From: Thalia democratica
Taxonomy: Eukaryota
Length of the DNA stretch: 64,000 nucleotides
Direction: 5' to 3'
NCBI GenBank assembly: GCA_965202585.1
Contig: OZ241829.1
Span: forward strand, 65,658,001-65,722,000
The notes under the pieces are model-generated. The model did not search any database. It had not been told where the DNA came from and saw only the letters and a list, made by a program, of their open reading frames with translations. Below, piece after piece: positions 12,001 to 25,078 of this stretch. Position numbers and translations under genes: made by a program. Position 1 is the stretch's first letter, and every line of letters starts with the position of its first letter.

Positions 12001-15000
12001 AACCCACACGCTGACCAACTTCACTGATTCAACTCGTATATGTGGAAGAGACGGAAGTTGGAGCGATCCTGTTGCACCCAGCTGTATCCCTAGTAATATT
12101 CGTTATTATTTTTAGTGAACTCTAGATTCCAGAGCTTTAGCTTATAGTTTTACCTCATTAAATACTTTTAAAGTAACGTGTTACAATACACATAAAACTA
12201 TTTTTCTTAGCTGTTAAATCTCACGTACGATGAAAATAAAAGTTTATGAACACTTTGGACACGCTACCAAAGTAAATTCTAAGGAGTGATATAGCTAACG
12301 TGTACTAAGTAATGATAATTATTGAGTATTTAATTTTCAGTTTTAAACCTTTATACTATCAATACTTCTTATGACAATCACTTCTGCATTAAAACATACA
12401 TATGGGAAATCAACTACTTTTTTTTGTAAAACTTACTAATTTACGCAGCTTAATGAGTTTAAGGACGTCTGCTTAAGTTTTGTGTTCAATTTAGCTAACT
12501 TTAAGTCTTTTGCATAAAAATTTGGCTTTTAGATGGAAGACAATATATCAAAAAAACTTAATTACTGTTTACAAAAAGTTTGCCTTCTTTGGCAACAAAT
12601 ATAACTGTACCAAATATTGATTAGTTATAAAAGTTTTGAAAATTTCAACAAATTTCAGTTTGCGAACTGTTGCCAACTTCCATCGAGAACGGTCAATTCC
12701 ACCAGTTGACCGATCAGCATGCCAGCATGAAAGATGTAGAAGGAACAAGGAAGAGTTACGTTTGCGACGAAGGCTACCACCTGCTCATATCCTCTTACTT
12801 TCCAGCTTCTTTTACATTCCACTGCAACCAACAAGTACCTCCGAATGCTGTGCAGTGGAATGAAGTCAGTTCTGGGAGCCAAGTGGCAAAACCGTTGTGC
12901 ATTAAAAGTTGGTGTTTTTTTATTAAACGTTGTATATGAAAAGCAATATACGCCTTATTGATAAAAAATTTTCAGGACAATGTAAAGCGTATCAAATAAT
13001 AACGGATGCTCATTCGTACGATGAGGCAGTTGAAAAGTGCGACAATTTGTCTGCAGACCTTCTTGGACCAACCCTTGACGATGTAGATTATGAAAAGTTT
13101 GTTTTAAAACACTTTGCTAACCCTACTACTTTTCTAGTTACGTTTTATAAAAAGAAAAAATTGCATTCAAAACGGTGATTGTTTATTTTCTATAACATTA
13201 AAAATGTAAACTTATACAACAGGTATTTGAAGGCTATAACTCAGCACATGAGTGATGAAAACTTCGAGTACACTTACATCTACGGAAAGCCAGAATTGAG
13301 CGACACCTTTTTAAACTGGTGTTCAGGCTTCCCAAAACCTTCCGCCTCTTCGATCTGCTATTTCATCCGCACAAACGGCTTCTGCGTTGTTAATTTAGAC
13401 TGTGAAAGCAAACGGCCGATTGTATGCGAAGTTGACCGCTTCGAGCTTAGGCCAAGAGAAGAGTCAAACTCATACCAGTTTGCCGACGATGCTTGCAGAT
13501 CGGTAGAAGGTACCCTGATGTCTACGACTTTTTTCATCCCTGCTTATATGCCGTAAGTACTTTAGAGAAGTTATCTTTGTTTTTCTTGTTATTTGCATTG
13601 ACAAATTTCGGTACTTGAATAGTAGAAAACGGTAAGTTAAAACATTTTCAAACTGAAATGTTTATTTTTATTAAAGTTCACCTGAGTTGACAAGTCGAGC
13701 AAAAATAATAATAAGCCGTATTTTGAAAATAGTTATATGAACATCTTTAAAATTTTACCACATTCATAGAGAACAATAATAAAAAACAAGGGTTTATGTT
13801 GTCACAAAAACATTTTCTCAGGTCAAAATAGTTTTGCTAAACTTTTAAAAACTATACAAATAACTAACTTCTGGAGGTAAAATTAAGCACTTAAAATCTA
13901 CATGTATTATACTATACCCAAATTACAGTCGAATAAAGAAGATCATAGACACATTACCAGGAAGCAAGATGTGGACTGGTTTGCAGCGGCCCGGGTCCGA
14001 TTATTCCGCAAACGACTTCGTCACCCTGCCCGACGGTAAAAGAATTCTGATATCTCAAATATCGCAGTTCTGCCGGCGCGAACCCGACAACTTCCAAAGC
14101 ATTCAGCATTGCGTGGACTACAACCGAGATCGCGGCTGTTTGAGCGACTTCGGGTGCTACCAATCCTACCAGGCTTCAATCTGCGAAATTGCCGTCTGCT
14201 CAGCTCGAGACGCCAAAGTGCCAAATCTTCCTTACACGAGATGCAGCAGAGGAAGCTGGTACGTTTCAGCTGACAGATCAGAACGACTTGTCTGTTACGC
14301 AGGTACAACAACTGTTTCAAATATCGTTTTAGTATTTTTTACTATCAATTTTGATTCTTCAGATGTTCAGCATTTGTTTTCAGACTTGTATACTACAGTA
14401 GAATTATTTTAAGACTAAAAAACATGTTACTATGTAAATTTTTCTATATCGTTTTTCAACTTAATGTTTTTAAATTTCCGTAATTACTTAAATGACAACT
14501 TATAATTTTTTACAATTTAGTACAATTTAGTAAATATATACACGTTTTCGTAAGTTAATTAGGATAAAAGTAAAGTTAAAAGTTGCTTAAAGCTTTCATG
14601 AGTTCATTCATGAGTTTAAAACTTAGAAAATATATTCAAATAGATAAGTATTGCTACCTAAGCTAAAATAAAAGTCAAACTGAATTAAGACTCAAGTAAC
14701 AAATTGTATGAGTTTTGTCTACAATTATTTGTAATTGGACTATAAATGCAAGAAAAATAAGTACCGTTTTGAACTAAAATTATAATAACAGTATAATAAG
14801 TGTATTTGCCACAAGCTCATATCAAGTGCTTTATATAAGTAATTAAAAGCTTATGATAAAAATTACGCACAAATTCTATTCAAAAAAGCCAAGCAAAGAC
14901 TTTAAGCATGTAGCATTCTGTTTGTACATTTGTAGACAAACTACTTATTCAAAAAGAGATGAACTGATCCTTCTCTATATACAATTCATCAACGACATTA

Positions 15001-15703
15001 CTTTATAAAACAGGATTTGACATCAAACTGACAACGGAAAAAGGAAGTTGGGAAGAAACAAGAGACATGTGCGAAGATATGGGAGGTCAACTGGTCCACA
15101 ACACTTTGAAGAGATACGTTGGAAGACTTCGTACATCGTATAAGGAGTAAGTAGCTAAAGAATTTACTCAAGTTAAGTTGTGTATTGCTACTGAGCAAGT
15201 ATAATGAACAAGTTTTTAAAATTTGGTATTATCCATTCAAGCTCATTAGATTGATTATTTTTATAAATCTTTTGATAAAACGTGTTTTGGACGTGGAATA
15301 AAACATGACACTTTAAATTTTTTTTTACCATTTCAAAATCTCATTGAGCATAAGTTTTTTCTACATTAATAAAATCTTAAATTAAATATTAAATAATAAA
15401 AATTTTGAAATTTATCACTTATTCAGTTTGGTGGAAGAAGCGATTGACAGCAACGATGTTTGGATCGGATGCCAGCGGGCCAAGGACAAAACTTTGAACA
15501 GCGAGTTCCAACTGTTGAACGGCGAATATTTGTTCGCTTCCCGCGCAAACCCGTTTGAACAGCTGCTCTACTATTGGTCGGCTTCAGTGCCACGTGACAC
15601 CGAGCTCGATCAAGCCGTTGTCATAAGGCACGAGAAAAAAGCGCTCGAAAACTTGCCCAAGTCACAAGAACTTTACGGGCTTTGTGAAATTGGACATTAT
15701 TGA
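1..15703 (+). CDS. Large multi-exon sushi/CCP-repeat plus C-type lectin protein (5' end outside window); at least 29 CCP domains then 3 CTLDs
   Basis: Hand-spliced at AG/GT, all in frame. CCP exons (phase 1-1): 1-175, 336-536 (or 521), 1052-1264, 1425-1631, 1857-2054, 2485-2682, 3097-3285, 3708-3914, 4520-4717, 5028-5225, 5437-5625, 5801-6007, 6109-6306, 6486-6698, 6982-7182, 7241-7534, 7914-8126, 8338-8541, 8603-8809, 9057-9257, 9356-9526, 9693-9881, 9942-10163, 10274-10468, 10878-11099, 11210-11413, 11521-11790, 11895-12092, 12659-12907. Each shows the C-x-x-P...Y/F-x-C...C...W...C sushi pattern. Lectin exons: 12976-13096, 13223-13552, 13929-14302, 15014-15146, 15427-15703 (TGA). Confidence 0.92.
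12976..15703 (+). other. C-terminal block of three C-type lectin domains of the CCP gene
   Basis: Motifs SYDEAVEKC, MWTGLQR...EPDN...HCV...LSDFGC...ICE, SWEETRDMCEDMGGQL, VWIGCQR...GLCE. Each CTLD is split by a phase-2 intron. No hydrophobic tail before the stop. Confidence 0.85.
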
Positions 15704-18700
15704 TTTATTCTGTTTTTATTTTTTTTTATAAGTTAGTGTTTTCTATAAAATTCAAACTTGTATCAAATGATTTCTTCTAAAATTGTATAAGATTTAAATT
15801 TTAAATTTAGATTTTATAACGATATTTATCGTTTATATTTTGTCTAGTAGTATGTTTGATATATTAAGATATGGATAATTCAACAAATTAGAAATGTTCT
15901 GTTTTATTATATTTCAATTTTATTAAGCTTTGCATTTTGTTAAACTCCCGAAAACTAAATTTTATTTGTCAAACTTTCAAGTATTGGATTATAACAATTT
16001 TATTATTGTGTACTTTGAAAAGTTTCACTTGAAACAAAAGTTGTTTTTTTACTTCGTTGTTTACTTATTATACTTTAGTTTTAAAGGTTTGATTTATAAT
16101 ACTAAAGTTGTGGAGTGTATTAAGCAAAATTATATTTTTTAAATAATCATAAGTATTTCAAGTTTCTAATATAAACTATAAGCAAATATAAGACTTAAAA
16201 TAGTTTTCTTAAGGACGCTACAGTTTAAAATAAAAAAGACAATTTTCTATAATCAAATTTACCCAAGGTAAGTATTAAATTTTAATATATGTTTCTTAAC
16301 ATTTTTAAGCTACTTAAAAATGTAGCAGTAAGTAAAGTTTTTGTATTAGAAAAACAAAAAAGACCTTGTGAGTAATTTTTGTGATAGTTTGTTTTAACTA
16401 TGACTTAGCATGTTTAAAAATATCACGAAGCAGCAAATATGTATAAATGTAATGAATAAAAACATAAAAAATTAATTGATCTTTTAGGTCAAAAAAAAGC
16501 TATGCTGTTTTCTTTAGTCTTAATAAAAAGTGTAATATGTAAAAAATCAAAAAAAAAAAAACTTAAGACTTTTTTAAATTGAATAAAAAATAAAAGTTTC
16601 TCTAAATTTATTCGAAACGTTTTGAACTTTATAAATAATAGAAAAGTAGAAAAATAAGTTGACTTTTAAGATCATGAAATTATTTTTTAATGTTTTGATA
16701 TAATCGAAACAAAAAACTTATTATCTATAAAGCAAAAATAAACGTTTAAAATGTTTTTTTAACTGAATACGAACCTTAGGCTCAACTCCTTTATATTATC
16801 TCAAAAATGTGTTTAATATTATAAAGAATACCCATGTAATAAAAATAGATGGGCTCTTATATACAAAAAAATGTAGTTTTTGTTTAATCTTAATAAAAAT
16901 TATTATACCTATGAAGTTAGATTATAATGTTTTTTATCTAAACTTGTTATAAATCATAAGCTCAATTAAATTTTTTTGAAACGTGTTTATTCTTATAGAT
17001 ATAAACAATTAAAAAATAATTGAACTTTAGGTCACAAAGTTTTTTTTGATAACTCTATCTAAAAAAATTTGGTACTGAAAAACCAAGAAGTTTGAGCAAG
17101 ATCTTGTTTGTTAAAATTGAAAAAAATTATAAGTGTAACAGATTAAATTAAAACTGAGTAAAAGTTAAAAAAAAGTTTTCAAAATGCACGAATATCTAAA
17201 AGCTTCTCTTTCCCACTATAATAATATTAAAAGTTGTTTATACTCCACCAAGTCGAAAACTACTTAAATTTGTTATAAAATCATGTAAACTTTTCCTTTT
17301 AAAATAAAGTTTTACAAAAAAAAAGTTTTTTTATTTTAAGGAAAATTAATATATCTTTTGAATATTGAAAATATAAAATACTCGATATGACAACATGCAA
17401 GAAATAAAAATAAATAAATTCATCAATTTTGTTGTCTACAAAATGTTGAATTGAATTAACAAAATCTTAATTAATGTTTAAAAAAAAGAAAATTTAAACT
17501 TATTAATGAAAATATAAGTAATCAAACTAAATAGTAACGCTAAAAAAAATAAGGAATTTTTCTTACCATGACGAAATATACCGATTGAATAAGCAATTAG
17601 CAAGGCCTTATAATCGTTCTACATAATGAAAATATGACAAACAATGTTGTTTGCTGTTTTTTTTTTTACTTTGAAGTATTTCAAACAACTCATATAGATA
17701 TTATGAATATGCTTGCGGTACGTTATAAAAAAGTAGAACGAAAAATATAAATTTTTAAAACTTTACATCGGAAAGCTACGAGAATTAGAATATGGTGTAA
17801 GCCTAGCTTTAAATGATTTAGTTTCTTAAACTTAGATCGTACATCTTAGAAAATAATTTAGTTAGTGGAACGTCATATACAATGTTTTTTCTAACAAAAA
17901 TTCCAGCACGGACCAAAAGTTATTTGATTTCGTAGGAAGAGTACCAGAATTAGTTTACTAAACCGCCTCAAATCTACTTGAACATAACGTTTTAATAAAA
18001 AAAATGTTTTAGATTTAAAACTCTTTATTTCTGGAAATCTAGCAATTCTGCTGGAAGGAATTATTTAAGCTTCACGCCAAATTCTTGCGATTCAAAACGA
18101 ATGTTTACAATCTAAATACTTCAACAAACGCCGACACGTATTAAAAAAAAAGATTACTGAGGATTAACTAAGAAGTTCATTGTAACTTTAATTGAAAGTG
18201 ATATACAAACTAGTTTTTTAAAAACGACATTTTATTCTTACGAAAGATAAAATAGAAAAACGACTTTTAAGATAGTTATTGAAAAAACTTTGGTCAAAAT
18301 ATATTTATGAGTTATGTGAAAAAACATTTATTTTAAGCTTCTAAGTTTCGAAAAATAACTGTTACATGTTAAATAATGGTTTCAACTGCTGAGCTGATTT
18401 TAGTAACAAGTTTAGTTGGGTTACAAGTTGTTGAATATTTTATAACATTTTTTGTTTATTATTACGATTATTTTCAGGAAAAAAAAAACTTTTCATTAGT
18501 TTTTATAATTTTACACTTGAAATTTTATGCTTACTTTGCTAATTTTATTTTGTAACCCAAGACACATTTTACCCAATCTGATTTTTTCTATAGATAGTAC
18601 ATTATATTCATTTTAGTTTTTAAAAAACAACAAATTGAAAACTAAAATAAGTGATAGTTATATAAAACTTATAAACTTTTAAGTTTATTGAAAACGACAA

Positions 18701-19122
18701 AAAAATTGACATTCGGTAATATGGTCAAGGGAACTGATTTATGCTCAAACCTTTAAAAATATCAAAGAACTAAATTAATTAATAAACTCTAAAAATTTTT
18801 ATACTGTTGATAAATGATTAGAAGAATATCTACACAAGTAACTTGTTGCATTTGCATAAATAATCTGAGTAACTTTTTATTTCTTTTATAACTGTGTTTC
18901 TAAAAGTTGGTATAATAGCTTTTAAGAATTTATTTTACTGTATAAGTGCTGGTTAAACTTTTTTGTTAAACGTGTTTAAAATAGAATTTCTATAACTTTT
19001 TTTTTGGGTAAATCTCAACGCTTATAACATAAAAAAAGTATTCAAACTAACAAAGTCATAAAAATAAGTTCATAAAAAAATAAACACAAAACTGTTAAAT
19101 ATTTTTAACATAATTTATTTTT

Positions 19123-19938
19123 TCACCATTCCTTTATGTTCTTTTCCGAAGAAACGAATTCACCGTTCGGGGACTCCACCCCGACCGGAAGCGTCGCCAG
19201 GTAAACCGGGGCTTCGGCGCCCTGATCGGGCGTCCTCGAGGCCTTCTCCCCGCCCAAGTCCGTCTTCACCCACCCGGGGCACACCGCGTTGATTATGACG
19301 TCACTACCCTTCAGCTTCCTGGCCCACACGAAGGTGAGCGCGGACATGCCGACCTTGGACATTCCGTACGGCTGCTCCACGAACCCGTCCTCCTTGCAAG
19401 TCCCCCTCCGGCAGCTCTCGACGAACTCCTCCATCTTCCCCGTCAGCTCCTCCTCCGTCAGCGTCTCCCTCCTGAAGAACTTTTGGTTCTCCTCGCTCAA
19501 CTGCTTGAGGTACATGATGCTCAAAGTGCTGGACACGTTGACGATCCTGCCACCCTTCCTCACAATAGGAAATAGGATCCTGCTGATGTCGACGGTTCCA
19601 GTGTAGTTCGTCCTCACGCAGTCCTCCGCCTTTTTCACTAGCGGCGTCGCGTCGGTCGAGTCGTACGCGATGCCCGCGTTGTTCACGATGACGTCGATGC
19701 CCCCGTACTGTGACGTCATGAAGCTTTTGAGCCGCTCGATGCTCTTGACGTCGCAAACGTCCAATTCGTGGAACTGGGGGTAGAGTCCCTCTCTCTCAAG
19801 GGTCTTCACCGCCTCCCTGCCGCGCTGCTCGTTCCTGGACAGAATGAAGACGTCCCCGTCGAACTTCTGGCACAGCCCCCTGACGATGGCGAGCCCGATG
19901 CCCTTGTTGGAACCTGTTACTATGGCAACCTTTGTCAT
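19123..19938 (-). CDS. CBR1: NADPH-dependent carbonyl reductase (CBR1-like SDR), 271 aa, intronless
   Basis: TGSNKGIG Rossmann motif, NNAG, catalytic YGMSK, CPGWVKTDLGG, and the CBR-specific helical insertion (TEEELTGKMEEFV). CBR1-like; orthology not tested. Confidence 0.93.
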   Translation of the reverse strand: MTKVAIVTGSNKGIGLAIVRGLCQKFDGDVFILSRNEQRGREAVKTLEREGLYPQFHELDVCDVKSIERLKSFMTSQYGGIDVIVNNAGIAYDSTDATPLVKKAEDCVRTNYTGTVDISRILFPIVRKGGRIVNVSSTLSIMYLKQLSEENQKFFRRETLTEEELTGKMEEFVESCRRGTCKEDGFVEQPYGMSKVGMSALTFVWARKLKGSDVIINAVCPGWVKTDLGGEKASRTPDQGAEAPVYLATLPVGVESPNGEFVSSEKNIKEW

Positions 19939-21337
19939 ATTTAATTGATGTTTAATATTAATCTGTCTTAATTTAAATTTTTTGATATTACATTTATTAA
20001 TAATAATATTTTAATTTTTTACCTTAGTATGTAATACTAAATACTTTAAAAAAAAAGAAAAGCAAAGTACATGTTGGAAAAATATATTATTTAACATGTT
20101 TTACTAACTAGTATGCTAATTAAATGTTTTATACTATTGTTTCAAAAAGGAACAAAATTTTCAAAAGTACTGTGAATAGTCAGTTTGACTGTTAAAATAT
20201 TACATCATATAACTTTTTTATGTAAAGTTACTAATTTTCGCGCAAATGAAAGTTACTATGAATAAAAATTTGTGCATAAAGCATTGAGTTCAATAAACCT
20301 GTAAAGAAGTGTTTATACTTAACACATACTATTTATTTAAATATGTAAAATTTTGAAATTTATGCTACAACAAAAAAGAGTTGTTTTATTTTTGTATTAA
20401 ATATAAATATTAAAACAGTTGTGAATAATTTTGAGATTTGTTCAGCATAGTTAGTTTGTTTTCAGGCAAAATTGTAATCTAACTGAATTTGTATGTAATA
20501 TATGTATTTTATAAAACTTTTTACGAACCGTCTCAATTTTACACACAAAACACTTTGAAAGGTCTTCTGTTTATTTATATAAACATTGTAAATCGTGTTT
20601 GAAAAATAAACTACGAACTGATGGTAAAACTAACTAAGTTAATTAAGTTTGAACTTTAACCAAAAAAAGCTTAGTTTACTTAACTTAAAAACTTGTAAGT
20701 CACTTTCATGTGTATTTGTTTACAACTATTGTCAATATATAAAAATGAAAAGGCAGCACTTGTTGGTTATAAGTAAAGAACTTAAAACCAGTGAATGTTG
20801 GTGGATCATAAACTAAATGTTCTGTTTAGTCTTGCTGTCTGAAGCCAGATTGTCAGTCAGACTTTTCTATACGCTTTACATTAAGAAGGGCAAACACTCT
20901 AGGGTTTTTCAAATATATAGTTTTATCATTTATGTTAACTTTGCGTAACAAAACACAAACTAATTTTTTATTAAAGTAAGTATTATTAAAAGCTTGTAAA
21001 CTAGACACTATTTAAATTTGAAAAGTAGATACAAATAAATAAAAATCAGAGTCAATACGCTCAACGATTTAATTATAAAAAATTGATTTACTTTTTTGTA
21101 ACTAAAAAAATATTCACTTAACTAGTCTAAACGGCAAGTGCAAAATAAATAAGTTGTGAAGCTGCCTAGCTAACCAACTTTCGGTTATAAACGAAATAAA
21201 AACAAGCAAGTCGAGTAAATTAATGTTACATCTTTTACTGATCTAAAGAACTTTCTGTTGTAATTAAAAGGTTTTTTTTTAATAAAAAATTTCTTCACAA
21301 TTTTCCAACACAAACTACCATGCAAATGTTAAAAATA

Positions 21338-21407
21338 CGCTACCGACTGGATTCGATCTAGGTCCACTCGAGTGGGAATTTTTGTTTTAACCACTCGACC
21401 ATCTAGG
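21338..21407 (-). pseudogene. Degenerate tRNA-like sequence (tRNA pseudogene or SINE head)
   Basis: The minus strand reads ctagatggtcgagtggttaa...gatcgaatccagtcggtagcg, with A-box-like and B-box-like motifs at tRNA spacing. Anticodon arm and acceptor stem are not well formed. Confidence 0.45.
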
Positions 21408-23952
21408 TTCGTTTAAATTAATCTTGTAACGTTTATATCCTTAATTTTTATCATCATGTTATGAATATTTGTTGCTTTACTATCACATAAAACCCATTAG
21501 AAAATGAACAATTTTCTATGATACAAGGAGATTTTTTCAAATAAGAACTCTTATTTTGTGAAATAAAGCGACATTAAAAAAAGTATTTAAGCACAGACTA
21601 AACTCCTCTAAGTTAAGCCAGTTAATGTTATTCTTTTGAAAACTTAATATACGTGTTTACAATAAGAAGTTTTGTATACAATTATTTTTTTGTTTACAAT
21701 CATATTCTAAACTGAGAAAACAAAATACTTAACTTTTATAGTATAAAATAAAAGCCGAAAAAGTGGTTGATGGCTACAGCGAACAAACAACTTTGTGGTT
21801 GTTGCAATATAAACATAACAATTGAAATACATACTGAAATATGGAATTACAAGTAAAAACTAAACAGATTACTAATTGGTATAACAATTATAATAATATA
21901 TAGTGTAATTGTTGCTCGACACTTCTTTTACAAATAGTCAAAGAACATCTTTCTTCAAGTGTTAATTAATAGAACTCTGTCTTAAAACTACATTAGCAAA
22001 TTCACTAACAGTATAAATAGCATATAAGAATGTAAACTTTCTTTAATTTCAAAATTGTTTGTTATGATTCTATTAACAATAATATGAATGTGTTGAAAAC
22101 TAAGTTTAGTAGGTTTATCTTAGTTATGGTAATGAAAACTTTATTTTAAGGTAATTATAAAGTTGAATTCTTTAAAAAAATAAACTTATACTTTTCAAAA
22201 CTTCATAAAGAAAAAAAAAAGTTTTTTACAGATGAACTAAAGCTTTGTCAAAGGTTAATAGACTAAAACAGAAACGATTTACTACTTGCGATTTTTTAAA
22301 AGCTGAAAATTAGCTTAAGTTATGTAGTAAAAACAGTTTGATATAAGTAATTTTACTTTGATAAAGTTGTTTTTTACCTTGAGACAAATACTTCTAAACA
22401 AATAGATAACTTTAAGTGTAAAACCAGTACTTAATCAAAAATAAAACAAAAGCTTTATTCATTTTATTGAGTTTTTTTTTGAAAACTTGTAATCTAAAAT
22501 TTAATAAAAATATCAACTTTCTTTGCTTTAAGTTCTTGAACTTTTTGTTTTAAACAATTAATCAGCTTGAATTCATACTATATTATTTACAAAATAAAGT
22601 AATTTATTTTAGGCAAGTGATACAGAGTCAATTTTTTAATAACACAGCTTTTTTCGTTTTGTTTTATTTCATGTTTGAGCAATGTTTTTGTAATATTGAT
22701 TTTCGTAAGGACTTATTTTGCAATAAACTTAAAACTTTTATAATGTTTGGAAATCTCCTTTGAAAATATTTTTCCGTGGTGAATTTAAAAATTAAAACTA
22801 GTCTAATGTTTTTTTTCTTAAAAATAAATTGCTTTTTAAGCTTATCAGTGGAAGAATTTTTTTAAGAAAGTTGTTAAAGTGAAAATGTTGTTAAAAAATA
22901 CTTTCAAAAAATTCTCTACAATAGTAAGTAACTTAAAAAAAACTTATAATGAAAATGCAGTTTGTAAGCTATTAAATAAACTAAGCAAGGAAAAATATGT
23001 CTCAAACAATATTATAAAAATAACTATATTTTTTGATCTTAAGTAATGTTGTACTTTACTAAACTTATTTAACTAGTAACTATTACTTTTTGTTTTAAAA
23101 CTTTATCGTAAAAGAGATATTGTTTTAAATAAATTACAAATGAATTAACATTAATTTTAATCAAATATTTTAAACTCTACTTACAAGGAAAATGATTTTA
23201 AAGAACTTTTTGAAAGTTTTTTTTGTTTTTTGACTTTAAAAATGATTGTAAAATATTTTTGCTGTGTATTAGTAAAAACCGTTAGCTTAAACAACTTTGT
23301 TTAACTATTTAATTACAAATCTAGAATATCAATTAAAAACTAAATGCCACAAGGCTAATTTTTTCGTAAAAAATATCTAAAAATTTTAAATGCTCGTTTT
23401 GACCTAAAACTATGTAAAAAATCGTTTTAAAGGGTGTGCTTTTTTTTAAATTTATATTTCTTTATCTTTTTTAATATTAAATTTAGAGTAGAATATTAAG
23501 TTATCGTCATTATTATATTTATCGTTATTTTAAGAAAAAAATATTTTACCTTATAGTAAATAAGATTCATACCAAAGATAGTTATACAGTGTTAATTAAC
23601 TTCTAAATTTATAGTTGTTTGAATTAAGATACGATAACTCAGTTTTAAGAAATATTCTGTTAATTTATAAAATACTTTAAGATTACGAGAATCTAATAAA
23701 AAAAACAAAGATTTTATAGTGTAAGCTTTACGCGGTTAAACTTTACAGATTCTATTTCATTTTAACATTTTTATAAAAAATGAATTAAGTCTCTACTAAA
23801 TAGTTTTTTGGACCTGGTTTGAAATTATAAAGTTTTAAAATTCTGAAGTTGACTCAAGCTTGACAAAGATAAACACAAGTTTGTAAACAATTGGAGGGAA
23901 AATTTATAAGAACTGAAGAAACAGGTCTGTAATTTTATATTATTTATATTTA

Positions 23953-24350
23953 CAGGGTTGCAACTTTACCTGGAAACCTGGAATTTGACAATTTAGGCAA
24001 CAAAACCTAGAATTTGAGAATTTTTGAAAAAAACCTAGAATTTTGAAAAAAAATCACTAAAAAACCTGGAATTTTAAACAATTTTTACATGTTAAGTAGA
24101 AAAATCTAGATTTGACAGAAAAATTCTACCCTAAAAATAAAAGTTTTTTGTCATTATCAAATTTTTTTTATTCAAAAGAACATTTAAATTAGCTCTACCA
24201 TATCTTTTCAATATTTTTTACTATTTAAAACATTTTTTACCTCAAACTTAATTTTAAACTAAAAATAGACTCTAAAAAGTGTACTTTTAAAAAACTGAAG
24301 GAAGTTTTGAAAACCTTGAAAAAATTTTGAAAAAAAAAGTGGCAACCCTG
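23953..24350. mobile_element. hAT-like MITE (family A), about 400 bp
   Basis: Ends cagggttgcaac / gtggcaaccctg (11/12 inverted match); internal aaacctgga(a)tttt subrepeats; no clear TSD. Confidence 0.7.
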
Positions 24351-24646
24351 AGTTTAAAAAAAATGGTCATGCTTAACTTTAGGTGAGGACACTTTGGTTC
24401 AATATACAGGAAATTCTCAGCATTATTTTCAATGATATTCAATTTTATTTTAAAATTTATTCATATTAATTATTTATATTACTGAATGTAATTTTAGCTG
24501 GCACTTTAGGTGGCTTTTCAACAATGCAACTTTCTAATTACAAAGTTTTTGTATGTTTTTTTGTATTCTAATGACAAAAATTTTATTAAAGTTAGCTTGA
24601 ATTAAAACATCAAAATCAACTTTTTCTGTGAAATAATTGGTAGTTA

Positions 24647-25078
24647 CCTGGCATGATGTTGCATTAATATCGAACTGAATCTATTTATTGAAAATAACCA
24701 TAGTTTTAGGCTAAATATGACATTAAAAAAAAAAAAAAAAAAATCAAACTTTTTATTTATCATAAAGTAATAAAAATTGATTATGCAATGATGCTATGAG
24801 CATGATATTGCTATGATTTAACATTATAAATCGATCATATAAATACAATGTTTATTTTTTATATCACTACAAATCTAAAAAAAAAATGACTAAATGTTTA
24901 GTTTTATTAGTTTATTAAAAACAAATTTAATTCAACTTATGTATTTATAAAGCTTGGTTAAAATAAAGTATTTTTTCAGAATATATTAAGCTTTAAACAT
25001 AGTTTTCAGCCTAAAATTATGGTTAAAATGAACATTGAAATTAATTTATTTTCAGTTCGATATTGGTGCGACAGTAAA
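24647..25078. mobile_element. TA-flanked MITE (family B), older copy
   Basis: Inverted ends share aatatcgaactgaa; homologous to 25802-26435 and 26947-27365. Confidence 0.55.

Noticed and set aside
15930-16142. Short AT-rich ORFs (also 38383-38589, 40858-41073, 42616-42843, 55327-55533, 63327-63527)
   Set aside because: F/L/K/I-rich composition typical of random AT-rich DNA; frames are not preserved between the duplicate copies.
19289-19756. Overlapping antisense and alternate-frame ORFs on the CBR genes (also 56237-56919)
   Set aside because: Expected by-product of high GC3 codon bias (few stops in other frames); no recognisable motifs.
19123-19938. Bacterial horizontal transfer of the SDR gene
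   Set aside because: The sequence has the eukaryotic CBR1-type insertion and motifs; high GC and lack of introns alone are insufficient.
21742-21850. Possible further TEP exon (YKIKAEKVVDGYSEQTTLWLLQYKHNN)
   Set aside because: The frame ends in TGA before any donor, and similarity to TEP domains is too weak to call by eye.
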